Shown here piece after piece: positions 1 through 9,201 of a stretch of 64,000 nt of DNA (position 1 is its first letter; each line of letters starts with the position of its first letter). The position numbers and the translations under genes are program-made. The notes beneath the pieces were generated by a model that was not told where the DNA came from, ran no database searches, and saw only the letters and a program-made list of their open reading frames with translations. The DNA is taken from the IMG/VR virus record IMGVR_UViG_3300043418_000226. One strand, written 5' to 3'. Source of the stretch: a virus. Its lineage: Duplodnaviria > Heunggongvirae > Uroviricota > Caudoviricetes.

Positions 1-267
1 AACATGGCGTTAGAATTGGGGTTCTACCCAAGAGATTTATTTATCTTAACTTCTAAGATGAGAATAAATAGTTTTGGTACAAAATGGACAAAACAAGAAC
101 ACGCTCGTAAATACCATTCTTACTTTTGGGTATTTGAAAAAGTTAAACCAAAAGTGAAATACGATTTCTCAAAGATGGAACCGTACAATAAAGAAACAAC
201 AATAAATTACGCAAGTGATTTAGAAAAATCTATTGAACAGGATTCTGAGGAGTTCCCAAATACATAG
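1..267 (+). CDS. C-terminal part of a probable DNA methyltransferase-like protein (5' truncated)
   Basis: GFYPRDLFIL...QEHARKYHSYFWVFEK resembles the end of phage N4/N6 MTase-like proteins; catalytic motifs are not in the window. Confidence 0.4.
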   Translation, partial: NMALELGFYPRDLFILTSKMRINSFGTKWTKQEHARKYHSYFWVFEKVKPKVKYDFSKMEPYNKETTINYASDLEKSIEQDSEEFPNT

Positions 268-592
268 ACACTTTATCACCAATTTTCCAATTGGTGGACG
301 TACCGGCAGGGAATTCGATAACGTGGTCACCGATACCCGTATATCTAGGTAAATTAAGTTTATTCCCTGCTGGTGGACAGTCAGGATGTATTCGACTAAT
401 ACGATTATTAGAAACAAAAACAATGTCAAGTGGTATTAAACAGTCCTTCATCCAAAATGAATGATGACCTTTTCCCATTTTAAAAACCATACAACCGTTC
501 AAAGATTCTCTACCCATCATTCCTCTACGAATTTCTTCTGGTTCTGATAGGTACTCTGCCGGAAATGTTTTACTGTTAATGTGTACTGACAT
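230..592 (-). CDS. DUF192 family protein
   Basis: RGMMGRESL..CMVF, SFWMKDCLIPLDIVF, VIEFPAG motifs. Confidence 0.85.
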   Translation of the reverse strand: MSVHINSKTFPAEYLSEPEEIRRGMMGRESLNGCMVFKMGKGHHSFWMKDCLIPLDIVFVSNNRISRIHPDCPPAGNKLNLPRYTGIGDHVIEFPAGTSTNWKIGDKVSMYLGTPQNPVQ

Positions 593-603
593 ATTAATAA
601 TTA

Positions 604-635
604 TTTGGTTTTTTGGAAATAATTTAATATCTTTG
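604..635 (+). promoter_or_regulatory. Bacteroidota-type primary sigma promoter (-33 TTTG / -7 TAnnTTTG)
   Basis: TTTG 604-607, 20 nt, TATCTTTG 628-635; the -7 element recurs at 7256, 10654 (TATTTTTG), 13198, 17252, 18942, 22956, 29507, 34111, 42306, 45607, 48739, 52011, 55007, 56957, 60350, mostly with TTTG 19-20 nt upstream. Confidence 0.85.
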
Positions 636-649
636 TAAAAACAATTATC

Positions 650-820
650 ATGAATTTAAGAAAGTTAGTATATGTGATGATGATTATCACAGGAATTATG
701 ATTGAAAAGTATGGACTTAAGACTAACAATCCTAATCTGGAGATGTACTTTGGATTTGGGATGATATCTTTAGGTTCGTTGAACATTGTCTTAGAATTTT
801 TTAAGAAACGTAAAAAGTAA
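650..820 (+). CDS. Small membrane protein (56 aa, not in ORF track)
   Basis: ATG just after the promoter; MNLRKLVYVMMIITGIMI...VLEFFKKRKK with two hydrophobic stretches. Confidence 0.65.
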   Translation: MNLRKLVYVMMIITGIMIEKYGLKTNNPNLEMYFGFGMISLGSLNIVLEFFKKRKK

Positions 821-824
821 CGTT

Positions 825-1130
825 ATGGCTAGAAGTTTAGATGGGTTAGAAAATGACATGCAAAACTATCAAAAGGTAAAAGATTTAGTGTTGGCTAAAT
901 TAGTGGACGAAGGGTTAGTTGACCGTGACGACGCTAAAGAATTCAGCGATAGATGTCAAGTGTTAGTTTATAAAGGTAATTGGTTCTCAAAATGGTTCGA
1001 TAAGAACGTAAAAACCGAAGACCCAAATGCGGATAAGTCGGAATACTACATGAGAATTGTGGAATTGAATGAAAGAGAAGATGAGGTCGATAGATTAATG
1101 AGAAGAACAACAGGAAACTACGATGAATAA
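825..1130 (+). CDS. Hypothetical protein
   Basis: In-operon ORF with phage-like codon usage. Confidence 0.7.
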   Translation: MARSLDGLENDMQNYQKVKDLVLAKLVDEGLVDRDDAKEFSDRCQVLVYKGNWFSKWFDKNVKTEDPNADKSEYYMRIVELNEREDEVDRLMRRTTGNYDE

Positions 1131-1815
1131 AAAATACTATTGGGATTTTTTCATATATAATAAAAAACTACATTGGTTTTTAATACCAACTGTGGTTTTC
1201 TATTATCGAAAAAATGAAGATTTACATGTAACTGATTCATTACGTACGTTCGGTTTAACAATAAGATTCCTAACTTATATGATAGGAATTCAAATAGAAC
1301 AAGAATTCGATGAGAAATCTAATTTGTAGAGTACGAGGACACAAATATTCATATAACTTTGGTTGGATGCCAACGAAATGTTATTGTAAAAGATGTGGAA
1401 TGAAATGGAAGACAGAAAATAATCCTGAATACATTCCGGGTAAATCAAATCCAATCGAAACCGATATCTTTATTTGGGTGGAGGATAAAAAAGAAACTAA
1501 TGAGTGAAGAAAAAATTGAAAAATTAGAAAGTGAAATCGTCGAGTTAAAATTTGATTTGAAGAAGTCTAAAGATAAAGAAATGATTTATTTGGATATTTT
1601 ATCAAACATTGACAATTCACTAAAAATATTATTCAAACGTGAAGAAGAAAATAAAAGGTTTAACTTGGGTGACAATATTGATTTTAGGGAATCAGTGGTT
1701 AACCTAAAAACGGCGATGAATGAATATAAACGTGTTTTTAAATTAAGATTATGAAAATAATTTCATTCCTAATTGGGTTAATTTTAGATAAATTTAAAAG
1801 AAAAAAGAAAAGTAA

Positions 1816-2145
1816 ATGGGAGTTATAAATAAACTAGATAAACAATATACCGACTTACTCCAAGACATTCTTGACAACGGAGTAACAAAACAAGACAGAA
1901 CCGGAACCGGTACAATTTCAGTATTCGGAAGACAAATACGTCATAACATGAAAGATGGTTTCCCATTACTTACAACTAAGAAAATGGCATGGAAAACTAT
2001 GGTAGTTGAACTATTATGGTTTCTAAGAGGCGATACCAACATTAAATTTTTAATTGATAATAATTGTCATATTTGGGATGGGGACGCTTACCAAGCGTAC
2101 CTAAGAGAATGTGAAAAATTAAAAAAAGATGGGGAAAATATGTAA
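1816..2145 (+). CDS. thyA: Thymidylate synthase, N-terminal piece
   Basis: [29 protein letters not shown] motifs; stops in the variable loop. Confidence 0.93.
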   Translation: MGVINKLDKQYTDLLQDILDNGVTKQDRTGTGTISVFGRQIRHNMKDGFPLLTTKKMAWKTMVVELLWFLRGDTNIKFLIDNNCHIWDGDAYQAYLRECEKLKKDGENM

Positions 2146-2163
2146 TTTTTATATCCATCACCA

Positions 2164-2171
2164 TATTTATA
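2164..2171 (+). promoter_or_regulatory. Putative phage late promoter TATTTAT(A/T)
   Basis: Same motif just upstream of starts at 14531, 15851, 18636, 22036, 35963, 45335, 47490. Confidence 0.55.
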
Positions 2172-2183
2172 TAAAAAAAGAAT

Positions 2184-2906
2184 ATGGGAACAAAATACTA
2201 TTTGTATATTAAGACAAGTCCGTTAGGGTTGAGATACCTTGGTAAAACAACAAAAGACCCAATTACCTATTTAGGTAGTGGTAAGATTTGGAAACGACAC
2301 ATTAAAAAACATAATTTAACCATTGATGATATTGAAACAGAAATTGTATTTGAAACAAATAATGTTGATGAGTTAATTAAAAAAGGTATAGAATTAAGTA
2401 ATTTATATGATATTGTTGAATCAAAGGAATGGGCTAATTTAAGAGAAGAGGCTGGCGATGGTGGAGATACTAGTAAGTTTATTGATTTTTCAAACCCATC
2501 TTTCCACAACCCAAATAGAAGTAAACATTTGAATATTTGGTTAAATGAAGTGACAGAAGAAGAGAGAAAAAAAATTTTAAGAGATAGAATTAGTAAAGTG
2601 GATTTTGAAGAAAGAGATAAAAAAACAAAAGAAAATACAGATTGGGATAGTTGGCGAGAATCCATCAAAAATAGGAAAACTGACTATTCTAAATTCCTAA
2701 ACAAAGTACACGAAAAGAATAAGAAACCTGTTTTACAATTTGATTTAGATAATAATTTTATGCGAGAATTTGATAGTGCTGCGTCCGCATCTAAATCATT
2801 AGGTTACAATAATGGTGGGAACATAACAAATTGTTGTAAGGGTAGGTGTAAATCTACTTTAGGGTATAAATGGAAATATAAAAATATAGAAAATGAAAGC
2901 AAATAA
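2184..2906 (+). CDS. Homing endonuclease, GIY-YIG/Seg-like with C-terminal NUMOD1 domain
   Basis: YYLY..RYLGKT..YLGSG N-terminus; KPVLQFDLDNNFMREFDSAASAS...ITNCCKG..GYKWKY C-terminus. Confidence 0.85.
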   Translation: MGTKYYLYIKTSPLGLRYLGKTTKDPITYLGSGKIWKRHIKKHNLTIDDIETEIVFETNNVDELIKKGIELSNLYDIVESKEWANLREEAGDGGDTSKFIDFSNPSFHNPNRSKHLNIWLNEVTEEERKKILRDRISKVDFEERDKKTKENTDWDSWRESIKNRKTDYSKFLNKVHEKNKKPVLQFDLDNNFMREFDSAASASKSLGYNNGGNITNCCKGRCKSTLGYKWKYKNIENESK

Positions 2907-3921
2907 AAATGATTTACACGAAAGCGGCAGACCACTTACAAAAGAGGAGTTTACCAACAAAATCAAAACAGATGATGAGTTTGCTAATAAGTGGGGTGAG
3001 TTAGGTCCAATCTATGGTAAGCAGTGGAGAAATTGGAGAGGTCAAGATGGTATGATTGGTGAAAAGGATGAAAACGGAACAAGAATTATTACGTGGAATC
3101 AAATAGACCAAATCCAAAACCTAATCAACGACCTTAAAACAAACCCAGACTCAAGACGATTAATGGTTAATGCTTGGAATTGTTCGGAACTGGACCAAAT
3201 GGTTCTTCCACCTTGTCACTATGGGTTTCAAGTTTATACAAGAGAGTTGAGTTTAGAAGAACGTATAGAATTAGCTTTTAAATCAATTGAAACTACAGAT
3301 GGAAACAGTGCTGCTTTACTTTGGGAGTTATCTTGTCAAGGGAAAAAAGAATCTGAGATAGTAGAATCATTGAACAATTCACCAAGAAATATCCCAACCA
3401 GAGCAATCTCTTTAATGTGGAACCAAAGATCGGTAGATACATTCTTAGGTTTACCATTCAACATTGCTTCTTATGGATTGTTATTAGAAATTATAGCTCA
3501 AGAAGTAAACATGGTTCCGGATGAATTGATTGGAAATTTAGGTGATGTTCACTTGTATTCAAACCATATCGAAGCGGCTAAAGAACAAATTGGTAGAAAA
3601 TACACTCCTGAAGAAAGAATCAATATGTTAAAAGATGCGATGAGTTGGCGTTTATATAATAAGGCGGTTAATGAATTAGTACCGTTTGGTGGAGGGATGA
3701 GTGAATATTATGATTTACATAAAATCCCAACAAGGACAAGAGAACCGTTTCCATTACCAACCGTTAGAATAACTCATAGACAATGGTACCAACACGAAAA
3801 AGTTAAAGAACATTTGGGTGAAAAATCTTTAAATGAAAAATTACTTTCACTTAGGTTAGATTGTTTCGAATTAATCGATTATCAATCACATTCTGGAATT
3901 AAAGCACCTTTATCGAATTAA
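2893..3921 (+). CDS. thyA: Thymidylate synthase, C-terminal catalytic piece
   Basis: GELGPIYGKQWR, PDSRR, LPPCH, QRSVD.FLGLPFN, GDVHLY motifs. Confidence 0.95.
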   Translation: MKANKNDLHESGRPLTKEEFTNKIKTDDEFANKWGELGPIYGKQWRNWRGQDGMIGEKDENGTRIITWNQIDQIQNLINDLKTNPDSRRLMVNAWNCSELDQMVLPPCHYGFQVYTRELSLEERIELAFKSIETTDGNSAALLWELSCQGKKESEIVESLNNSPRNIPTRAISLMWNQRSVDTFLGLPFNIASYGLLLEIIAQEVNMVPDELIGNLGDVHLYSNHIEAAKEQIGRKYTPEERINMLKDAMSWRLYNKAVNELVPFGGGMSEYYDLHKIPTRTREPFPLPTVRITHRQWYQHEKVKEHLGEKSLNEKLLSLRLDCFELIDYQSHSGIKAPLSN

Positions 3922-3922
3922 C

Positions 3923-4111
3923 ATGAAGAGTCCACTTTCAGGAAAAGAAATGAAGTTAGTTTCAGAACTTAGAACACTAACAATAAAGGGAAAAGAATAC
4001 GAAGTTATTCAATACTACTATCTATGTGAATTATCAAATGAAGGATTCACAACGACAGAATTAGACGAGGAAAATTTAAAAGAAATACAAAAAACAACAC
4101 AAAATGAGTAA
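3923..4111 (+). CDS. YgiT/MqsA-N-like zinc-ribbon-type small protein (degenerate)
   Basis: SPLSGKEM...YYLCELSNEGFTT pattern; most Cys ligands are lost. Confidence 0.45.
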   Translation: MKSPLSGKEMKLVSELRTLTIKGKEYEVIQYYYLCELSNEGFTTTELDEENLKEIQKTTQNE

Positions 4112-5183
4112 ACAATTTTTGAAAGAATACCTAAATGCGTATTCACCGGTTGCACAAGAAACAGAAGGACAAAACGTATGGATTAATTACGTTAAACAAT
4201 TTACTAACAATGTAAATTTAGATGCGTACGGAACAGCATATGCAATCTTAAAAGGTTCACAACCTAATTTATCACATCGACTTGGGGAACCTTACAAAGT
4301 GGTGTTAGAGGCACATTGTGATGAGATTGCTTGGATAGTTTCATACATTGAAAAAGACGGGTTCGTACGTGTTAAAACACATGGAGGTTCTGACAATATG
4401 ATTGCACCATCAAAGACAGTTATGGTTCACACACATAACGGAACTAAGGTACCTGGTTTATTTGGTTCACCGGCAATTCATGTTAGAGAAAAAAGAACTG
4501 AGATGGGTTCAGAAGTTCATGAACTATGGTTAGACTTAGGTGTTGATTCGGACGAGAAAGTAAAAGAACTTGGAATTGAAGTTGGTAATGTTGTTACGTT
4601 CGACACTCAATTCAGTGAGTTAGGTGACTACTACGTTGGTCGTTCATTGGATAACAAAATAGGTGGTTACATCATCGCAGAAACTTTACGTAATTTAGAA
4701 AATGTTAAATTACCTTTTGACTTGTACGTTGTTAACTCGGTTCAAGAAGAAGTTGGTTTATATGGTGCAAGAATGATTGCCAAGAAATTACAAGCGGATA
4801 TTGCGTTGGTACATGACGTTTGTCATAACACTAATCACCCTAAGATGAATAAATCTAAAGATGGGGACATTAAAGGTGGTGAAGGTCCGTGTTTAGAATA
4901 CACCGCACAAAATCATAGAAAAATCATTAACAAATTCAAAGAGGTTGCTAATCATAGTGAAATTCCATTACAAAATACGATTGGTTCATATGGTAACGAT
5001 ACTATGTCATTCTTCTTAGAGAATACACCAACAGCAATTTTAGCGTCACCATTAAAATACATGCACACCACAGTTGAAATGGTACATAAAAAAGATGTCG
5101 AGAACGCGATTACTCTTTTCACAAATGTGTTAACGTCAATCACACCTGAGTGGATTGAGGATGTAAAAAATCCTAAAATTTAA
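4104..5183 (+). CDS. M42 family metallo-aminopeptidase
   Basis: AHCDEI, LDNKIG, VQEEVGL, HDV, YMHTTVE metal-ligand motifs. Confidence 0.9.
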   Translation: MSKQFLKEYLNAYSPVAQETEGQNVWINYVKQFTNNVNLDAYGTAYAILKGSQPNLSHRLGEPYKVVLEAHCDEIAWIVSYIEKDGFVRVKTHGGSDNMIAPSKTVMVHTHNGTKVPGLFGSPAIHVREKRTEMGSEVHELWLDLGVDSDEKVKELGIEVGNVVTFDTQFSELGDYYVGRSLDNKIGGYIIAETLRNLENVKLPFDLYVVNSVQEEVGLYGARMIAKKLQADIALVHDVCHNTNHPKMNKSKDGDIKGGEGPCLEYTAQNHRKIINKFKEVANHSEIPLQNTIGSYGNDTMSFFLENTPTAILASPLKYMHTTVEMVHKKDVENAITLFTNVLTSITPEWIEDVKNPKI

Positions 5184-5189
5184 AACATT

Positions 5190-5570
5190 ATGAAAGCAAT
5201 ATTGGCCATAAATACTAAAGGGTACATTGGATTAAAAGGTGAGTTACCTTGGAAATGTACTGAAGATTTAAATCACTTCAAAAAAGAAACAATGGGGGGT
5301 AAATTATTGGTAGGTTATAGAACCGCACAAACATTACCTAAATTACCTGGTCGGGAAGTGATTGTTTACGATAAATTTAGTGACGAGGACTATACTAATG
5401 TTGATTGGTGTATCGGTGGTAAGTCCACATATGAGAAGTTCTGTCATTTATTTACTGAACTTCATGTCTCAATGATTGACGATGATACCATTGGAGATGT
5501 TATGAGTCCAGATTTAAGAAACTTAAACCCCGACTGTGTCATTTTTGAATATTACTTTAAAAAAGATTAA
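5190..5570 (+). CDS. folA: Dihydrofolate reductase
   Basis: IGLKGELPW..EDLNHFK, LPGR, IGG motifs; near thyA. Confidence 0.9.
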   Translation: MKAILAINTKGYIGLKGELPWKCTEDLNHFKKETMGGKLLVGYRTAQTLPKLPGREVIVYDKFSDEDYTNVDWCIGGKSTYEKFCHLFTELHVSMIDDDTIGDVMSPDLRNLNPDCVIFEYYFKKD

Positions 5571-5572
5571 CT

Positions 5573-5887
5573 ATGTCAAAACCAAAGATAAAAAAAATCG
5601 TTAAAGAATATAAAGAAGCCACCAACTTAGAAATTTGGGAAGGGTTAAGAGATAATTTTGTTTTTGGATTTTTAGGTGCAACATTAGTTGTCTTTATAGC
5701 AACCAGAACTGACATTGCAGTTTTTTTAGGTTATTTGGTCTACTATTTTTATATGGGTCGAATAGTTAATAGACCAAAATATGTAACTGATTTGGGGAAA
5801 TTAATAGTTTTTCCAATTCCTTCGGCTCTTGGTGCGTATACGGGTTATAAACTATCTTACATAATTTTACTATCTATAACACATTAA
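5573..5887 (+). CDS. Membrane protein
   Basis: Three hydrophobic segments. Confidence 0.6.
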   Translation: MSKPKIKKIVKEYKEATNLEIWEGLRDNFVFGFLGATLVVFIATRTDIAVFLGYLVYYFYMGRIVNRPKYVTDLGKLIVFPIPSALGAYTGYKLSYIILLSITH

Positions 5888-6114
5888 AATATGAAACGTT
5901 TAATAAGAAAATTTATATCATTTTTTATTAAGAAACCTGATAGACTTTTAACTTGGTCCACCGAAGATTTTGAGTGGGCTAAAAGATGGTGTAAGTGCCA
6001 AGATCACCCATATTCGAAAAATTTAACATTATGGGAATATGTATATAATACACAAGATGATTCTTGTTGGACACTTAACAACGTCAATAATTATTTAGAA
6101 TTAAAATAAAGAAT

Positions 6115-6654
6115 ATGATTAAATTAATGGACATGATTAACGAAAGCGAAAAACCAAAATATGAATTTGGTTGTGTCATGTTGTACTTTGATTTTCCTGA
6201 AATGGAATCGATGCACAGTAAAATAAACCAAGATGATATCTACACAAGTGAAGGTGGTTTTGGATTAGAAGATGAACCACACACTACATTATTATTTGGG
6301 TTACACAAAGAAGTAACCGATGAACAAATAAAAGATGTGTTAGGTAGACATACATTTGGCGACTGTCAATTACATAACGCATCGTTATTTGAAAATCCTG
6401 ACTACGATGTTTTAAAATTTGATGTTAAAGGTAAAGGTTTACATGAATGTAATTCAGATTTAACCAAACATCCACACACAACAAGTTTTCCTGATTATCA
6501 TCCACACCTTACTATAGGTTATTTAAAACCCGGTACAGGTAAGAAACATACCGAATTATTTAATGGATTAGAATACACTTTAAAACCACGATATGCAATG
6601 TATTCAAAACCCGATGGAACCAAATCAAAATTGGAGATAGGGGTTAGTGAATGA
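6115..6654 (+). CDS. 2H phosphoesterase, Acb1/T4 gp57B-like
   Basis: Two HxT motifs: EPHTTL and HPHLTI. Confidence 0.75.
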   Translation: MIKLMDMINESEKPKYEFGCVMLYFDFPEMESMHSKINQDDIYTSEGGFGLEDEPHTTLLFGLHKEVTDEQIKDVLGRHTFGDCQLHNASLFENPDYDVLKFDVKGKGLHECNSDLTKHPHTTSFPDYHPHLTIGYLKPGTGKKHTELFNGLEYTLKPRYAMYSKPDGTKSKLEIGVSE

Positions 6655-7082
6655 AAAGGTTAATGTTGATGGTGTTACTAATAACATCACTTAACTCATA
6701 CGGTCAATATGTTGCCGATTCCACAATGAATGGTTTTATAAAGGAATGGATAGGTAAACCATATAGATTAGGAGGAAATACTAAAAGAGGAATCGATTGT
6801 TCCCAATTTAGTAAAAGATTCTACAGAGATGTGTTCAATCTCGAATTAGTGGGCGTGTGTTATAAACAATGGAACCAGACCAAACGAATCTTAAGAGATA
6901 GTTTAACAATTGGAGATGTTTTATTCTTTAGAAGTAAATCAAGTCCAAGTGGATGGCACTGTGGTGTCTACATTGGAGAAAGAAAATTTGTTCACGCAGC
7001 TAATCGCTTAGAAGGTGTTAAAATTAGTTCAATAGATGAACTAAAATATATAAAAAGGTATAGGGGTGCTGGTAGGTTATAA
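6651..7082 (+). CDS. NlpC/P60 cysteine peptidase with signal peptide
   Basis: GKPYRLGG, GIDCS, GDVLFF, HCGVYIG, FVHA. Confidence 0.9.
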   Translation: MKRLMLMVLLITSLNSYGQYVADSTMNGFIKEWIGKPYRLGGNTKRGIDCSQFSKRFYRDVFNLELVGVCYKQWNQTKRILRDSLTIGDVLFFRSKSSPSGWHCGVYIGERKFVHAANRLEGVKISSIDELKYIKRYRGAGRL

Positions 7083-7214
7083 TTATCTACCTTGACCTCT
7101 ATATTTTTTTGGTTTCTCATCTTTTGGTCCGTAATTCTTTTTAGCCTTACCACTGGTTTTTTTACCAAATATAACTTTTACTGAACTTGAAGAGGAAGTT
7201 TTTGCCTTTGCCAT
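7083..7214 (-). CDS. Small basic protein (43 aa, not in ORF track)
   Basis: MAKAKTSSSSSVKVIFGKK...KKYRGQGR; TACTTATA late-like motif upstream on the - strand. Confidence 0.7.
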   Translation of the reverse strand: MAKAKTSSSSSVKVIFGKKTSGKAKKNYGPKDEKPKKYRGQGR

Positions 7215-7288
7215 AATATTTTTTTTTATTATAAGTATTATGAACTTTTATTTTGTATATTTGCATCAGAACTTAATAAATTATAACG

Positions 7289-9166
7289 ATGGAAGAAATA
7301 TTATCACAGAGATTTAACTACGCTCAAATTGTTCCATATCGAAACTATTGTCGACTTGACGAAAAAAATCCACAATTTAACGGGACTACATTTAATTCAG
7401 ATTTAGATGATTTAGATTTAGATTTAGACTCAACTGATATTACAGATAAAAAAATAAGTGGACATAATTGGGGAAGATTTTCTATCGAGACACAAAGAAT
7501 CGGTAGAATTATGTCATTACCCCAAAAAAGAGGTAATAGAAAAACTTGTTTTTTTTATGATGGTTCAGATATAACAGAGAATTTCCAATTAAACTACGTG
7601 TTTAAAAAGGGAACACACAATTTTGACACAACTAAAGACCAACAAATTAAAAGACACTACGGTAATCCATTTAGTTCAATAAATGTTAATACAATGGAAA
7701 GGTCAATAAGAAGACATGGTGATAAAGTCACCATTAAAATTTATAACCAAACCAAAAATCGAGGATTTAATTCTAAGTTCTTTAAAAAGAGTTTTTCCGT
7801 ACATTCATTGACTATCAATACGGTAACCGGTAATGTGACGGCACTATCAATGTCTAACAGTGCTAAACGAAAAATACAATCATTTAGAACGAACTCATTT
7901 GGGTCCATTAATGAAATATTAAAGAACATCGGTCTAATTGATAGTCGTGGTGGATACATCGATAAAACCTCAAGAGTGTACCCTGAATATCTTAAAATGT
8001 TTGATACGGATATTTTCCTAAAAACGATTTATGAAACCCTTGAGTTACCGGGAGATGATATTGAAGATATTGAAGAATCATTGATTCAAAAATTTGTTGA
8101 AAAAAAGAAAATAAAGGTATCAAACAATTATCGATATTGGATTGAAAACTTTTATCCAACTGAGAAGTTCCTTAAAAAGAATGATAGGAAATTAATTGCG
8201 TCAATTTTAGATATGTTTAAGATTAAATCTAAAGTTACAATTAAAATAATGCACGAAAATAATTTTGTGGACATTTTCTCATTAGCGGAACTTTGTTATT
8301 TCCTCGGAGATAATTTTTCAAAGTATGTTGGAAATATTAACACAAATTTATTCAGTAATAATTCACCAGAAGAAGGTGTTTATCCCGCAAGTTATAAAAG
8401 TACATTTCATGTCGGTAAAAAAGATAATTTTGAAATTAGTGATGTTGAAAAAGAGAACATTGTTAAAATTATAAATGAGTCTAACATGAGGATAAACCCT
8501 AAGTTTATTGGTGAATTAAATGACCACTTTAATATGATAAAAAAGTTACGTCATTATTCACCTGATTTACGTATGAACGCAAGGACTCAAATGGAATTTC
8601 ATCATGAACATTTGGAATTAAGTAAGATGATGAGTTTCATTAAGAAGGGGTGGGTTATTGAATATAAATTTTCAGATAAAATGGTCGATGCCATTGAAAA
8701 ACCCGTTACCGTTCAAATAGACCTAACAGAATACGATAAAGATAATCAACCAATCGGTCCAGTTAAGTCCGATAATATCACATTTTATCCTTACATATTG
8801 AAACGTGAGGAAGAGTATGATGAAGAGGGCAGAACAATGCACCATTGTGTTGCGAGTTATTCAGATAAAGATAGATCCATAATAGTTTCGTTAAGAACTA
8901 AGGATTTATCGGATAGAGTTACTTGTGAGTTTGATTGTCAAACTGGTAATATGATACAGGCGAGACATTTTTGTAATAAACGTCCACCTGGAGACATGGA
9001 ATTGGCAATATCGGAACTACAGGATAGGGCGAAATACTATGCTAGAATTGGACTGTTACATTCTTTAGAAAAGAAAAAGGTACCCGTTAAAATTAACGGT
9101 ATTGAGATTATACCTGAAGTTAAGGAACCGAGAAGATTCCAAGATGAATTTAACTTATTTATTTAA
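7289..9166 (+). CDS. PcfJ-like domain protein
   Basis: C-terminal EEGRTMHHCVASY...IQARHFCN. Confidence 0.7.
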   Translation: MEEILSQRFNYAQIVPYRNYCRLDEKNPQFNGTTFNSDLDDLDLDLDSTDITDKKISGHNWGRFSIETQRIGRIMSLPQKRGNRKTCFFYDGSDITENFQLNYVFKKGTHNFDTTKDQQIKRHYGNPFSSINVNTMERSIRRHGDKVTIKIYNQTKNRGFNSKFFKKSFSVHSLTINTVTGNVTALSMSNSAKRKIQSFRTNSFGSINEILKNIGLIDSRGGYIDKTSRVYPEYLKMFDTDIFLKTIYETLELPGDDIEDIEESLIQKFVEKKKIKVSNNYRYWIENFYPTEKFLKKNDRKLIASILDMFKIKSKVTIKIMHENNFVDIFSLAELCYFLGDNFSKYVGNINTNLFSNNSPEEGVYPASYKSTFHVGKKDNFEISDVEKENIVKIINESNMRINPKFIGELNDHFNMIKKLRHYSPDLRMNARTQMEFHHEHLELSKMMSFIKKGWVIEYKFSDKMVDAIEKPVTVQIDLTEYDKDNQPIGPVKSDNITFYPYILKREEEYDEEGRTMHHCVASYSDKDRSIIVSLRTKDLSDRVTCEFDCQTGNMIQARHFCNKRPPGDMELAISELQDRAKYYARIGLLHSLEKKKVPVKINGIEIIPEVKEPRRFQDEFNLFI

Positions 9167-9201
9167 CTACACAATTCAAATAAATCCATATATATTTCTA
9201 T

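Noticed and set aside
2146-2892. Group I intron in thyA
   Set aside because: Only 38 non-coding nt upstream and none downstream of the endonuclease; no P7 core motifs seen by eye
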